Assembly (NCBI GenBank): GCA_963663545.1
Contig: OY760505.1
Location: 1,216,001 to 1,280,000, forward strand
From: Candidatus Delongbacteria bacterium
Lineage (GTDB): Bacteria; CAIWAD01
DNA length: 64,000 bases
Direction: 5' to 3'
The notes beneath the pieces were generated by a model that worked only from the letters and a program-made list of their open reading frames with translations, had not been told where the DNA came from and searched no databases. Of this stretch, positions 18,523 to 28,786 are shown in pieces (within the stretch, counting starts at the first letter, position 1; each line of letters opens with the position of its first letter). The position numbers and the translations under genes were made by a program.

Positions 18523-19199
18523 TGATGGACCAAGCCGACAACAACCACAAACCCTACCGGCCAGCGCCGGGAAGCCCGGAGCGACGCGTACCACGTAGCA
18601 CTGTGCCGCATCATCGTGAGCTGCGGCGCGACCCCGTGCAGGACCAGGCGGACACAACTCCATCCGCAACGAGGTTGGTTGTATTACGCCAGGGGCTCAA
18701 CTCGCTGGACGCACTTTTCAGCTCCCTCTTTCAATCCATCGATCCTTTGGGGCGCTTTGGTCGCATGTTGCTTGGTGTGTCACACAGCGCCGACGGTTGG
18801 CTCTATCCGCTCTTGGCCTGCGCCTTCTATTTTGGCCTGAAAGACGGTCAACGCTTTCTGATGCACGCGCTGGTGGCCTATCCTCTTCAATTGATTCTGC
18901 AAGAAGTGTTGAAGCGCGCAGTGCGCCGTGTGCGTCCTTTCGAGCGTTTCTCTGTGATACATCGCCGCATTGGTGCGCCTGACATTTACAGTTTTCCCTC
19001 TGGCCACACGGCCAATGCTGTTACCATGAGCATGCTTGTTGTGTTACACGCTCCGGCACTCAGCGTCCCCGCCGTACTCTGGGGAATGTTGGTGGGTGTA
19101 TCACGTATTGCGCTGGGTGTGCATTATGCCACCGACGTCATTGCAGGTGCGCTGCTTGGTGTAGCCTGCGTTCTCTTCACCGGGATCTGGATGCTATGA
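18522..19199 (+). CDS. PAP2 family phosphatase (copy 1)
   Basis: KRAVRRVRP, SFPSGH, SRIALGVHYATD. Confidence 0.9.
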   Translation: MMDQADNNHKPYRPAPGSPERRVPRSTVPHHRELRRDPVQDQADTTPSATRLVVLRQGLNSLDALFSSLFQSIDPLGRFGRMLLGVSHSADGWLYPLLACAFYFGLKDGQRFLMHALVAYPLQLILQEVLKRAVRRVRPFERFSVIHRRIGAPDIYSFPSGHTANAVTMSMLVVLHAPALSVPAVLWGMLVGVSRIALGVHYATDVIAGALLGVACVLFTGIWML

Positions 19200-20305
19200 G
19201 AATCGCCTACGGAGTGCAAACCACAGGCAACGGACACGCCGCTCGCAGCCGCATTGTGATACGCGAGCTCAAGCGTCGAGGTCATGAAGTGCTCACTGTG
19301 CTAAGCGGTGCCAAACCCTGGCGCATGGCCGATGATGAGGATTTTCAGCCCTGTGTAGTACGCAACGGCATGTACTTTGTCGCAACACCTGGAAAGCTAT
19401 CCACTCGGCGCAGCATTGCCAATTTCGAACCTCGCCGCTTTCTGGACGAACTGCGCGAGCTGGATCTGGGAAAAGCCGAACTGGTAATCACCGATTACGA
19501 AAGCCTGACCGCCTGGGCAGCGCGTCGCCGTGGCATTCCCTCCATCGGACTGGCCAATCAGTATTCGGCCCTTGAATTCAGCCGCGTGCCGCGCGGTCTT
19601 GGCTCGCCGTTGCGCAATCAGGTGATGCGCCTCTCGGCCCCCGTCGACCTTCCGTTGGGTCTGCACTGGCATCATTTCAACCTGCCCTTGCTGCCACCCA
19701 TCTGCCCGCGACAGGAGGTTGTGGAGGGCGATCCCGATTGCGTGCTGGTCTACATGCCCTGGGAAGCGCGCGACAATGTGCGCAGGATGTTGCTGCCATT
19801 CGCTGAGCGCACCTTTTTGATTTACGGCTGCGCATCTGTGGACGAAGACGAGGGGCACTTGAAGTGGCGCGGATTCAGCAAGGAAGGCTTCAACCGTGAT
19901 CTGCGCCGTTGCGCAGGCGTCATCTGCAACGCCAGTTTTGAGACTCCCAGCCAGGCCCTGATGCTGGGACGCAAGCTGCTGGTGCGCCCCCTGCAGGGGC
20001 AGCCGGAGCAAGAGGCCAACGCCTCTTCGCTGCAGCAGCTGGGTTACGCGCGTGTGATGCGCAAACTGGAGGCAGAAGCCGTAGCGGCATGGCTGCCGCT
20101 TTCTAGCCCCTTGCCAATGCCTTGGCCGAATGTGGCCTCGCACTTCTGCGACTGGCTGGAGGGTGACCCGACTCAGGCACCCGATGATCTGGCCGAACGC
20201 TGTTGGGCCGAATTGCAGGCCGAACGCGATCGCTTGCTGCTCAGCGATCACCCCTTCGAGAAGCGCGAGGAAGCCCCGCACTCCGCGCAATCTCACCAAA
20301 GCTGA
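19196..20305 (+). CDS. MJ1255/VC2487-type glycosyltransferase (copy 1)
   Basis: 'YGVQTTGNGHAARS', 'ITDYE', 'GLHWHHF', 'PLQGQPEQEANA'; ATGA overlap with the PAP2 gene. Confidence 0.85.
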   Translation: MRIAYGVQTTGNGHAARSRIVIRELKRRGHEVLTVLSGAKPWRMADDEDFQPCVVRNGMYFVATPGKLSTRRSIANFEPRRFLDELRELDLGKAELVITDYESLTAWAARRRGIPSIGLANQYSALEFSRVPRGLGSPLRNQVMRLSAPVDLPLGLHWHHFNLPLLPPICPRQEVVEGDPDCVLVYMPWEARDNVRRMLLPFAERTFLIYGCASVDEDEGHLKWRGFSKEGFNRDLRRCAGVICNASFETPSQALMLGRKLLVRPLQGQPEQEANASSLQQLGYARVMRKLEAEAVAAWLPLSSPLPMPWPNVASHFCDWLEGDPTQAPDDLAERCWAELQAERDRLLLSDHPFEKREEAPHSAQSHQS

Positions 20306-20373
20306 ATTCCTGACCAACACACGATTAACCTCCTCCTGCGATTCTTGTGTCCGTAAATGGACGGGAGGATTCC

Positions 20374-20901
20374 GTGCGTCTGCTGACCGAACATCTAGTA
20401 GCCTTCGATCTGCGCAGTGTTGACCTGCTGCTGCGCTGCTGTCGTTACAACCATGTGCTGCGTATCCTGCGTGTTGTATCACGCAGTGCCGATGGATGGC
20501 TCTACCCGCTCCTTGTGGTCGCAATAAGCGTTGCCCTTCCCGGTCACGGGCTACGCTTCTTCTATACTGTCGCAACGGGCTTTGCGCTTGTGCTTCCCCT
20601 GCAAGAGCTGGTCAAGCGAAGCGTCAAGCGATTGCGCCCCTACATGCGTGATACACGACTCCAGCATCTTGTGATACCGCCAGACGCATTCAGCTTTCCT
20701 TCAGGCCACACCGCAAATGCCTGGTTGATGGCCATGCTCACCGTCGATTTCCTTCCCTTTCTGGCGCTGCCGATGCTGATCTGGGCAATGCTGGTTGGTG
20801 TATCACGAGTGGCTCTGGGGGTTCATTATCCAAGTGATGTGCTCGCGGGTGCTGTCCTCGGAGGCTGCACAGGACTGTTTCTGAGCGGAGGCGCGGCATG
20901 A
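20374..20901 (+). CDS. PAP2 family phosphatase (copy 2)
   Basis: GTG 20374 after GGGAGG; KRSVKRLRP, SFPSGH, SRVALGVHYPSD. Confidence 0.9.
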   Translation: MRLLTEHLVAFDLRSVDLLLRCCRYNHVLRILRVVSRSADGWLYPLLVVAISVALPGHGLRFFYTVATGFALVLPLQELVKRSVKRLRPYMRDTRLQHLVIPPDAFSFPSGHTANAWLMAMLTVDFLPFLALPMLIWAMLVGVSRVALGVHYPSDVLAGAVLGGCTGLFLSGGAA

Positions 20902-21980
20902 AGGTTCTCTATGGGGTTCAAACGACGGGAAACGGCCATTTGACGCGCTCCCGCGAAACCGTGCGCGCATTGCGCAAACGCGGCGTCGAAGTCAAAGTGC
21001 TTCTCTCTGGTGATCGTCCGGAACGCGCGCTACAACTCGATGAGTTCAAAGACGCCGACCTGCGCACAGGATTGACCTTTGTAACACGCGCAGGCCGTGT
21101 GATACCGACGGAAACCCTGGCACGCCTTGACCTGCCACGCTTCTATCGCGATTGGCGCAGCCTTGATCTCAGCGATGTTGATCTTGTTATCAGCGACTAC
21201 GAACCGCTCAGCTCGCGCGCGGCGAAACTACGACGCATTCCCAGCATCGGCCTGGGCCACCAGTACTCCTTCGTGCACGGCAGCGTGCCTCGTGGTGGTC
21301 GCGGCATCGGAGATCTGATCCTGCGCGTTTTCGCTCCCGTCGATATCCCCATCGGCTTGCACTGGCACCATTTCGGCGCCCCCATTCTGCCACCCATCGT
21401 ACCCGAGCTCAACAGTCACTGGCGCGGCAATTCCGATCGCGTGCTGGTTTATCTGCCCTTTGAGCAGGCTGACTCCATTCGCGCCCTGTTGACTCCTTTT
21501 CCGATGCATCACTTTCTCATCTACGGCCACACGCCGAGCGACAGCGACGAAGGCCATCTGCACTGGCGCACCTTCAGCCGCAGCGGGTTCCTGCGGGATC
21601 TGCACAACTGCGCTACCGTTATCAGCAATGCGGGATTCGAGCTGCCCAGCGAGGCACTACACCTTGGACGTCGCCTGTTGGTGAAGCCACTTCAGGGGCA
21701 GCCTGAGCAACAGGCAAATGCCCGGGCTCTTGAGGAGCTTGGCCTTGCCCGGGTAATGCAGCAACTCGACATCGCCAGCTTGACCTCTATGCTGGCAAGC
21801 GATCTCCCGCGGCCCCAGAACTGGCCTCGCGTGGCCGAGGCATTTGCGGATTGGTTGGTCGCAGGAAGACTTGATCGCGTAGATGAATTGGTCGATCGTG
21901 GCTGGAGCTTCCGTACTCAGCGTTTCGGTAGTTTCCCTCTCCCGGCTGGTGCAAACAGCAAGGCTGTCAGCAGTCACTGA
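20898..21980 (+). CDS. MJ1255/VC2487-type glycosyltransferase (copy 2)
   Basis: 'YGVQTTGNGHLTRS', 'ISDYEP', 'GLHWHHF', 'SNAGFELPSEAL', 'PLQGQPEQQANA'. Confidence 0.88.
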   Translation: MKVLYGVQTTGNGHLTRSRETVRALRKRGVEVKVLLSGDRPERALQLDEFKDADLRTGLTFVTRAGRVIPTETLARLDLPRFYRDWRSLDLSDVDLVISDYEPLSSRAAKLRRIPSIGLGHQYSFVHGSVPRGGRGIGDLILRVFAPVDIPIGLHWHHFGAPILPPIVPELNSHWRGNSDRVLVYLPFEQADSIRALLTPFPMHHFLIYGHTPSDSDEGHLHWRTFSRSGFLRDLHNCATVISNAGFELPSEALHLGRRLLVKPLQGQPEQQANARALEELGLARVMQQLDIASLTSMLASDLPRPQNWPRVAEAFADWLVAGRLDRVDELVDRGWSFRTQRFGSFPLPAGANSKAVSSH

Positions 21981-22018
21981 GTCGATGTACAATTGTATCA
22001 CGGTATCACACGCAGCTG

Positions 22019-22396
22019 TTATTCTGTGTCACACAATCCAGGGGGCAGACGGTGGACTCTGATGTAATCAAGCAGAGTGCGTACCCAGGACATGCTGCAT
22101 TCGAGAGGGCAACTCTCAAGATCACCGTCATCCTGGCAGTGCCCCGGGCATCCATCGTGCCCAGCAAGCAACGGCAACTCTTCCCTCTCTGCCAAAGCGG
22201 CTAGCACACTGACCCGTAAGGAAAGCGTCGTTTGACAACCAATGCGAGCGTGGGTAAGCAGAATCAAGCCCTTCATTGGGTCGCGCAACGCGGCCTGGTA
22301 ACCATTCAGGCGCAGATCCGGATCGAGGAAGAGCTCTTCCAGATTCCATCCTGTGCCACAAATCGAGCACTCAAGCACTACCTCGCGATCACTCAT
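22019..22396 (-). CDS. Small Cys-rich hypothetical protein (putative metal binding)
   Basis: CSICG, H-x4-C, CPGHC, CPLEC. Confidence 0.7.
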   Translation of the reverse strand: MSDREVVLECSICGTGWNLEELFLDPDLRLNGYQAALRDPMKGLILLTHARIGCQTTLSLRVSVLAALAEREELPLLAGHDGCPGHCQDDGDLESCPLECSMSWVRTLLDYIRVHRLPPGLCDTE

Positions 22397-22503
22397 GTCT
22401 CAGCTTCTATTTGACTCTATTTGTTAGGCGTATCGTATTTCTTGTGACGCAGATTCATCGTCCGGACACGACAAGTTTCCGATCTTCGCCACCGTATAAA
22501 CTG

Positions 22504-22534
22504 AAAAGAAAACGGGGACATCGCTGTCCCCGTT
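22504..22534 (-). terminator. Intrinsic terminator
   Basis: AACGGGGACA-loop-TGTCCCCGTT with U-rich tail on the minus strand. Confidence 0.7.
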
Positions 22535-22556
22535 CAAAGCTACATCTACGGATGGC

Positions 22557-23195
22557 TCACATCAGATTGATCTGCGCCAGCAAATCTGCCAGGGCCTGCT
22601 CATCGTTCAGGTCCAAGGTGAATTCGGCAAAGACAGCCTGTACCTGCAGCAGCGCCTCGTCGTAACGGGTCAGCTTGTAAAGATTCCAGGCGGCAATCTT
22701 GCGAATCGCACGGCTGTTCACTTTCGGACAATACAAGAATGCGTAGTCATCGCCTTCCAGGGCCAGGAGGTCCAGCGACCATTCCAATGCCATCAGTGTG
22801 TCCTGGTGCGCCGACGCGTACTGCGCCAAGCCCGCCCAGGCGTCACTGTAATTCTCACGCAGTGCATCCGCACGCAACAAATGAGTATGAACGGCTTCGT
22901 CCAGGTCGTAGGCCGACTCCAGATCCAGCATGGCCTCGCTCCAGCCCAGGCCACACCAGGCCTCGGCATGAGTCTGGTCCTGCTCAACCGCAGCTAAAAA
23001 CTCGTCCACCGCGTACTGATACTCACCCACGACAAACGCTGTCCAGGCTGAAGAGATGTTTCGCCGTGCCACGCCATCATCGTCGTCATCATCGCAGCCT
23101 GCCAGCGGCAGCAACAGAACCAGGAGCGCCAGAGCCCCCACCGCCATCAGGCGCCGTTTGCGCGCTTCCTCGCGCTTGAGTTCAAAGGCCGTCAT
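22557..23195 (-). CDS. TPR-like lipoprotein
   Basis: Lipobox LAGC; 'AEAWCGLGWS', 'DAWAGLA' helical repeats. Confidence 0.75.
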   Translation of the reverse strand: MTAFELKREEARKRRLMAVGALALLVLLLPLAGCDDDDDDGVARRNISSAWTAFVVGEYQYAVDEFLAAVEQDQTHAEAWCGLGWSEAMLDLESAYDLDEAVHTHLLRADALRENYSDAWAGLAQYASAHQDTLMALEWSLDLLALEGDDYAFLYCPKVNSRAIRKIAAWNLYKLTRYDEALLQVQAVFAEFTLDLNDEQALADLLAQINLM

Positions 23196-23209
23196 CTTAG
23201 GCTCCCAGG

Positions 23210-26200
23210 CTAACGCAGGAGTAGCATACGGGCAGTCCGCAGCTCTCCGTGATACTCAAGTGTGACAAAATAAAGTCCGCTGGCCACTTCCAGATTCTTG
23301 GCATTGCGGCCTTCCCAGGTCAAGTTATGTGCGCCCGCAGGCAAGGTACCGTCGTGCAGCACACAGACTTGCTGTCCGCGCAGATTGTGTATCACAGCGC
23401 GCAGCTTTCCTTCGTCCGGAAGCTCGAAACGGATGTTCGTGCGCGGATTGAAGGGGTTGGGCACAATGGCTGTCAGCTCGAAGCTAGCCGGCGTGATACG
23501 TCCGGTTCCTTCAGCTGCCAGTCCATAGCTGCCGGATTCCGTCAGCGTGATACGATCACCACTTGCCAGTGACGCAACAAAAACCGGTCCCGCGGCATCC
23601 AGACGTACCAGCTCAACACCTTCACGGGCATCCATGCTCAGCACGAAACTCCTGCCGCTGGCCAACTGCAGATCCAGCTGATTCCAGCTCGCTCCCGGCA
23701 ACAAGAGCTCGTTGTCGGTGCGCGAAGCCAGTGCCAGAGTCCAGGCATTCGACTGTCCCAGGATCTGCACCTCGGCGCCGGGCAGCTCGAAGCTGCTGCG
23801 GTTCAGGCTGGCGATCACCTGGATCTCCTGGCTGGTTTCCAGGCCGTGAGTGTCAATGCCGTACAGGCTCAGGCGGGCCAAGTCCTGATCAAGCTGTGTC
23901 TGCAGGAAGTAAACGCGCTGTCCGGTACCGATGTAGCTTTCGCCCTCAAGCAGCGCGAACTCCGCCAGCTCCTGCCCGTTTGCATCAAGCCCATGTGCCT
24001 GAAGCTCGGCTAACTCCTCGTTGCAGTGCAGACCAAGCTCGAAGTAGTTCTGATATAGACTATTGGCCAGCAGCGCAGGAACAAGCGTGGGGGCGGTCCC
24101 GTCGTAGTAGAAGGGAATCACACCCTGCAACGCGCCGAACTCCAAACCCATATAGTAAGCGTGTAGATCGAAGAAGAGCTCGGTATTCTCCGGCAGCTCG
24201 ACTCCGGAAATGGAGACGCTGCTCCCGCTCAGGCCCTCTGCCCGGTACAACTCTTCATTCGCGCTGTTCCTGATCACTGCGGTGTAGGTAGGAGAGCCAC
24301 CCAGATTCGCCGTCATCAGAGAGTCGTTCCAGACCAGTTCTGCATTCGTCAACGTCAGCCACTCCTGCGGCAAGGGCTGTATCACGGGAACATCCGCCTG
24401 CAGGAAGAGGGAGGGCGCTTCTGTCGTAAACAGAATGGCGTGTCCCGCGCCGGGTATCACACAACCTTCACTGGCAAAATTCGAGTAGGTTACTTCCAGA
24501 CCGTCGTTGTGCCCGAAGTTCTGGATTCCCACCGTGGCATAATTGTTGGCCTGATCCTGATTGGTGACCGTCTTGTACTGCATCAGAATGTCTGTGTCAC
24601 CGGTATCTGTCGGACGCACATCCTGGCTGAAGAGTACAATCTGGAACTCCTGCACCGGCTGGCCGGGACTCTCCCAACCGTCGCGGCAGTAGGTTCGGCT
24701 CCACGAAATGATAAAGCGTCCCTCGGCCTCATCATGGCGCATGAAAACAGGCACGTGGGCCGAATCGGGCTTTGCAATATCGTAGACAGGCTTCAGGTCG
24801 TCCCACCAGGCGCAAATCATGTTGGGCGGTCCCAGCGAACTGGGAATGTTCCAGTTGCGGAAATTGGCCATCCAGGTCTCACCCATCGAGATCCAACCAT
24901 TGGAACAAACCGTGATACGATCGAACTCCTCGCCGTAGAACTGAATTGGGAAGGGTATCTCCACAACAGCGGAAGAATCATCCTCTACCTCAATCCACGT
25001 TCCCTCGCCTCCGTAATAGGCATCCAACTCGTACCAGTTGTAGGCAGGGTGACCGAGCACCTGGTAGTCGGTGCTTTCAATGGCGTAGTAACCGTAGCTG
25101 TCCGGGCCCAACGGATCACTAGTCTGACGGTCGATGACAGGAACATCCACCGCCAGGTTCAAGCTGAAATCCGTGGGGCTGTCGCCTTCGCTGACCAGCA
25201 GCGTCAGCTCAGGCTGACGACCATCATAGTAGGCTGGAGCGGGGGTTAGGGGATAGCTGAGCAGCAAACTGTCGCCCTCAACCAGGCTGGCAAGGCTGAT
25301 GATGGAATCGGAAACGGAAATCAGCTGATCTCCGGAAACCAGCATGGCAGTCGCCGAAAGCAGGCTGCTGCCGGAATCGTGACACAAATAGAAGGACAGG
25401 GTATCCGCCATTCCCACCCGTAGATGATTCTCGCCGGAATGCAGCCAAGCCTCGCTCAGGTGCAGCTGTTTGTTCTGCACGCTAAGCTGCTCCATGTGGA
25501 AACTGCTCAGACTTCCGCTGGCGTAGTCGAACACCAGGGGGAGCAGCTCTTCAGCCGGAACACTGCCCAGCACCTGAAGTTGCAGGGGTGCGTCCAACTG
25601 TGCGCTGGTACCCGCTGTCAGAGCCGGCGTTGTCACCTGGCCCGTCAGCAAGGTATAGTAGTCGGGAATCTGCACCCAGTCTGCCGGATCACGCAGACTC
25701 AGCGTCCCGGCAGGCAGATCCGTGGTACCGGAATTGCTCAGAGTGAGCTGCAGGCTGACCTGCTCACCGCCTTGAACCTGATCATCACCTCCAGCACTCA
25801 CAACCAGACTGCCGAAGCTCACACCGGTATCGGTACTCAGGGTGACCTGCTGCTGCAACACCTGATAATCCAAGTGATTGCAGGTGAGTTTGAAAGAGCT
25901 CACTCCCGCACCGGTCAACTCATCCACAGGAATCTCAAGGAAGATGTGGCCATCCTCCTGTGATACACCGCGCGCCAGTAGCAGGGAACTCTGACTGCCC
26001 GCCGTCGCCGTGACACGCGCATCGGGCAGCGGTGCACCGCTATCGGCATCCGTCAAATAGATGTCCAGGTAATCCTGACCGGCAGAAAGCGTGCTGGCCG
26101 CTTCTACCGCCATGGTGTAGGGAGTGTGACGCCAGATCTTCATGTCCGGATCACCAAGCACATTGTACACGTGGTAGTAGAAGTAGGCGTCGTTGAAATC

Positions 26201-27970
26201 ATCCCCGATGCCTTCACGCGGATAGCCGCGCGAGAGCTCCATCTTGCCGTTGGCCAGCGCCGGTCCCACGGAGGTGATATCCAAATCGAAAATGGCGTTG
26301 AACCATCCTGAGCAGACGGGATTGTTGTACTGGCTCTTGGTGTGCAGATCACTGGGACCGACAAAAGCACATGCGCCCTTGGGAGCGCCCACATCGCCAA
26401 TGCGCATCCACACCTCGCCAAAACAGGGATCCTCCACTTCCAGGTTACCACCCGCGCCAAAAGCACCCGTCTGGCACACAAAGCTCGCAACAACGGGAAG
26501 CCGGTAAACGTTGGTCAGTCCGGCGACATCATTACGGTCGTAGGCCGGGAAAATCCAGCCGTTGGAGTTGGCCCAGCCGCGGTAGCTGATCATGTTGGTG
26601 CCCTGGTTGACCCACTGGGAAATGGGCCCGCCACCATCGCTGACGCCAGGGTAGAATATGGTGTCCGCCTCAAAGCCGTTGGCAACGAACTTGTCATAGA
26701 CCCAGTGGCTGGTCTGATTGGGTGTGACCGGGGGCGTGCTATTGTCGGAATAGTTGCAGCTGACCGCCAGGCCGCGCTCCAGATAAGCGCTTCCGTTCAG
26801 GCTGGGATACAGCTCGTAGGCAACAGGCTTCTGTGCCATGATGTAGAGCTGCTGAGGATTCTCTACGCTGAAACGTCCGACGAAAAGGTCACTGACGTAG
26901 TCATCACCCTCATGCAGACTGTAGAAGTGATCGCTGACGTCAAACTCGTTGCCCTCGCTAATCACCACGCTGTCCGGGCAGGCCGTCGTACCGTCGTCGT
27001 CGCCAAGCAGCAACAGATACTCGGGGCGCAGCTCGTCCCAGGCCGTGTTGATGTAGTTACGCAGCGTGGTGAAATCGACCGTAGTGGTTCCGCCAATGGC
27101 CTCGTCATCAAAGGGTACGACGCGCACATCAAAACCCTTCTGACGCTTCCAGGTGACGAACTCGCCAATGACGTTCGTCGCCGTGTAGGAGGGCGCGCCC
27201 ACGATCAGGTAGACCGGGAAGACCGAGTCGTCAACGTCGTCATAGAACTGGCCGTGATTGCTCACAATCGCGCTGTAGTTGGCTTCCATGTTGGAGGACC
27301 AATGACGGCGTGTGCGCAGCTCGTTGCCCTGCACCAGACGAGGCGCGGTGTTGTCGTGATACACGAGCCGCAGACTCGCACGCTCCACCAGCTCGCAGGA
27401 ACCTTCACGAACGACGACCGGATTGTAGGTCAGCTGTACCAGGCGCAGATCGCGAAAGATGATGGGTTCGCCAAGCAGAGCGGTCTCATTCCAACCACCG
27501 GCCTCAGCCAGCTGCACAAGTGCTTCCTCATCAGCCTGTATCACCGTGCGACCAGGGCGCGGGCTTTGCTCGTCCTCCCCCAGGCTGAAGGCTTCGATCG
27601 GCAGCGGACGCGTCGCCAGCTCCTCGATCTCAAGGCCAATGCTGCCATTGGCGGGCACTTCCACCATCCAGGTCATGCGCGGCAGCTGGAGTTGCTCGGG
27701 CGTCAGGATTTCCTCCGCGCCCTCGATGCTGACACGTTGCGCGCCGTCATCCAGCTGCAGCAGCTCAACCTGCCCAAGCTGCAGCTCCAGGGTCGTCTCG
27801 CTCTGGCTGGCGGTACCGAACCAGGCCCGGGTTTCGCCGCTGAGATTGCTCAGCGACGCCCTTGCAAGCACACGTCCCGGCGTCAAATCGGCTGGTAGAT
27901 CGCTTGCCCACAGGGGCAGACCGAAACCAAGTAGCGCCAGGGATGCGAGAAGTTGTTTGCAGTTCTTCAT
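23210..27970 (-). CDS. C25 family (gingipain-like) cysteine peptidase with propeptide, Ig-like domains and FlgD/T9SS-type tail
   Basis: 'WKRQKGFDV', 'YLLLLGD', 'SDHFYS', 'VGRFS', 'FVCQTG', 'YNVLGDP'; 'GPDSYGYYA'; tail 'PNPFNPRT...ASGLYFV...RMLLLR'. Confidence 0.88.
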   Translation of the reverse strand: MKNCKQLLASLALLGFGLPLWASDLPADLTPGRVLARASLSNLSGETRAWFGTASQSETTLELQLGQVELLQLDDGAQRVSIEGAEEILTPEQLQLPRMTWMVEVPANGSIGLEIEELATRPLPIEAFSLGEDEQSPRPGRTVIQADEEALVQLAEAGGWNETALLGEPIIFRDLRLVQLTYNPVVVREGSCELVERASLRLVYHDNTAPRLVQGNELRTRRHWSSNMEANYSAIVSNHGQFYDDVDDSVFPVYLIVGAPSYTATNVIGEFVTWKRQKGFDVRVVPFDDEAIGGTTTVDFTTLRNYINTAWDELRPEYLLLLGDDDGTTACPDSVVISEGNEFDVSDHFYSLHEGDDYVSDLFVGRFSVENPQQLYIMAQKPVAYELYPSLNGSAYLERGLAVSCNYSDNSTPPVTPNQTSHWVYDKFVANGFEADTIFYPGVSDGGGPISQWVNQGTNMISYRGWANSNGWIFPAYDRNDVAGLTNVYRLPVVASFVCQTGAFGAGGNLEVEDPCFGEVWMRIGDVGAPKGACAFVGPSDLHTKSQYNNPVCSGWFNAIFDLDITSVGPALANGKMELSRGYPREGIGDDFNDAYFYYHVYNVLGDPDMKIWRHTPYTMAVEAASTLSAGQDYLDIYLTDADSGAPLPDARVTATAGSQSSLLLARGVSQEDGHIFLEIPVDELTGAGVSSFKLTCNHLDYQVLQQQVTLSTDTGVSFGSLVVSAGGDDQVQGGEQVSLQLTLSNSGTTDLPAGTLSLRDPADWVQIPDYYTLLTGQVTTPALTAGTSAQLDAPLQLQVLGSVPAEELLPLVFDYASGSLSSFHMEQLSVQNKQLHLSEAWLHSGENHLRVGMADTLSFYLCHDSGSSLLSATAMLVSGDQLISVSDSIISLASLVEGDSLLLSYPLTPAPAYYDGRQPELTLLVSEGDSPTDFSLNLAVDVPVIDRQTSDPLGPDSYGYYAIESTDYQVLGHPAYNWYELDAYYGGEGTWIEVEDDSSAVVEIPFPIQFYGEEFDRITVCSNGWISMGETWMANFRNWNIPSSLGPPNMICAWWDDLKPVYDIAKPDSAHVPVFMRHDEAEGRFIISWSRTYCRDGWESPGQPVQEFQIVLFSQDVRPTDTGDTDILMQYKTVTNQDQANNYATVGIQNFGHNDGLEVTYSNFASEGCVIPGAGHAILFTTEAPSLFLQADVPVIQPLPQEWLTLTNAELVWNDSLMTANLGGSPTYTAVIRNSANEELYRAEGLSGSSVSISGVELPENTELFFDLHAYYMGLEFGALQGVIPFYYDGTAPTLVPALLANSLYQNYFELGLHCNEELAELQAHGLDANGQELAEFALLEGESYIGTGQRVYFLQTQLDQDLARLSLYGIDTHGLETSQEIQVIASLNRSSFELPGAEVQILGQSNAWTLALASRTDNELLLPGASWNQLDLQLASGRSFVLSMDAREGVELVRLDAAGPVFVASLASGDRITLTESGSYGLAAEGTGRITPASFELTAIVPNPFNPRTNIRFELPDEGKLRAVIHNLRGQQVCVLHDGTLPAGAHNLTWEGRNAKNLEVASGLYFVTLEYHGELRTARMLLLR

Positions 27971-28116
27971 GGCCTCTTCGCGTTTGCTTATCCTTCCACA
28001 GCCGGCCCACGATGGACCGAAACCACAGTTCGCGCAAAAATAATGCCCGCTAATGTGAAGCTAACTCCAATGTTTGCGTACACCAGCAGGCAGTATTTCC
28101 AGACACTTGTCTGTGG

Positions 28117-28785
28117 CTACTCAACAAGCGTCACCTTGTTGATCAGAACCGGCTCCACGGGCACATCGCCGTAATGCTCAACCTGATGAGTCGGCACAGC
28201 CTTGATCTGGTCCACCACTTCCTGCCCCGCTGTCACACGACCAAACACGCAGTAGCCGAAAGCGGCCGGATTGTTGGGGTCACGCTGGTTGAGGAAGTCG
28301 TTGTTCTTGACATTGATGAAGAACTGGCTGGTCGCGCTGTGCACAGCGTTTGTGCGCGCCATGGCAATGGTGTAGGGCTCATTCTTCAGGCCGTTGGTGG
28401 CCTCGTTCTGAATGGGTGCGTCGGTTTCCTTCTGCTTCATGTCAGGCGTAAAACCGCCGCCCTGAATCATGAAGTTGTTGATGACGCGGTGGAAGATGGT
28501 GCCGTCGTAGAAGCCCTTCTTCACGTAGCTCTCGAAATTGGCGCAGCTGATCGGGGCGTGGGTGTAATCCAGCTCGAGGGTGATATTGCCCATGCTGGTT
28601 TCCATCAAGAAGCTTTTGGTTTGCACATCTTCCTGCATTGCGGTCTCCGTTTTCTCTGCAACTGCGGCCACCTGGTTCCCGTGGTCCGCCTGAGTTTGGG
28701 TCTGCTGCTGCTTGTCCTTGCCACCGCAGGCAACCAGCATAAGGCTGAAGGTCAGCACGGCCAACAGACGGTAATTCTTGCGCAT
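28117..28785 (-). CDS. Cyclophilin-type peptidyl-prolyl isomerase, lipoprotein
   Basis: Lipobox LVAC; '[20 protein letters not shown]', 'IAMART', 'SQFFIN', 'YCVFGRV'. Confidence 0.95.
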   Translation of the reverse strand: MRKNYRLLAVLTFSLMLVACGGKDKQQQTQTQADHGNQVAAVAEKTETAMQEDVQTKSFLMETSMGNITLELDYTHAPISCANFESYVKKGFYDGTIFHRVINNFMIQGGGFTPDMKQKETDAPIQNEATNGLKNEPYTIAMARTNAVHSATSQFFINVKNNDFLNQRDPNNPAAFGYCVFGRVTAGQEVVDQIKAVPTHQVEHYGDVPVEPVLINKVTLVE

Positions 28786-28786
28786 C

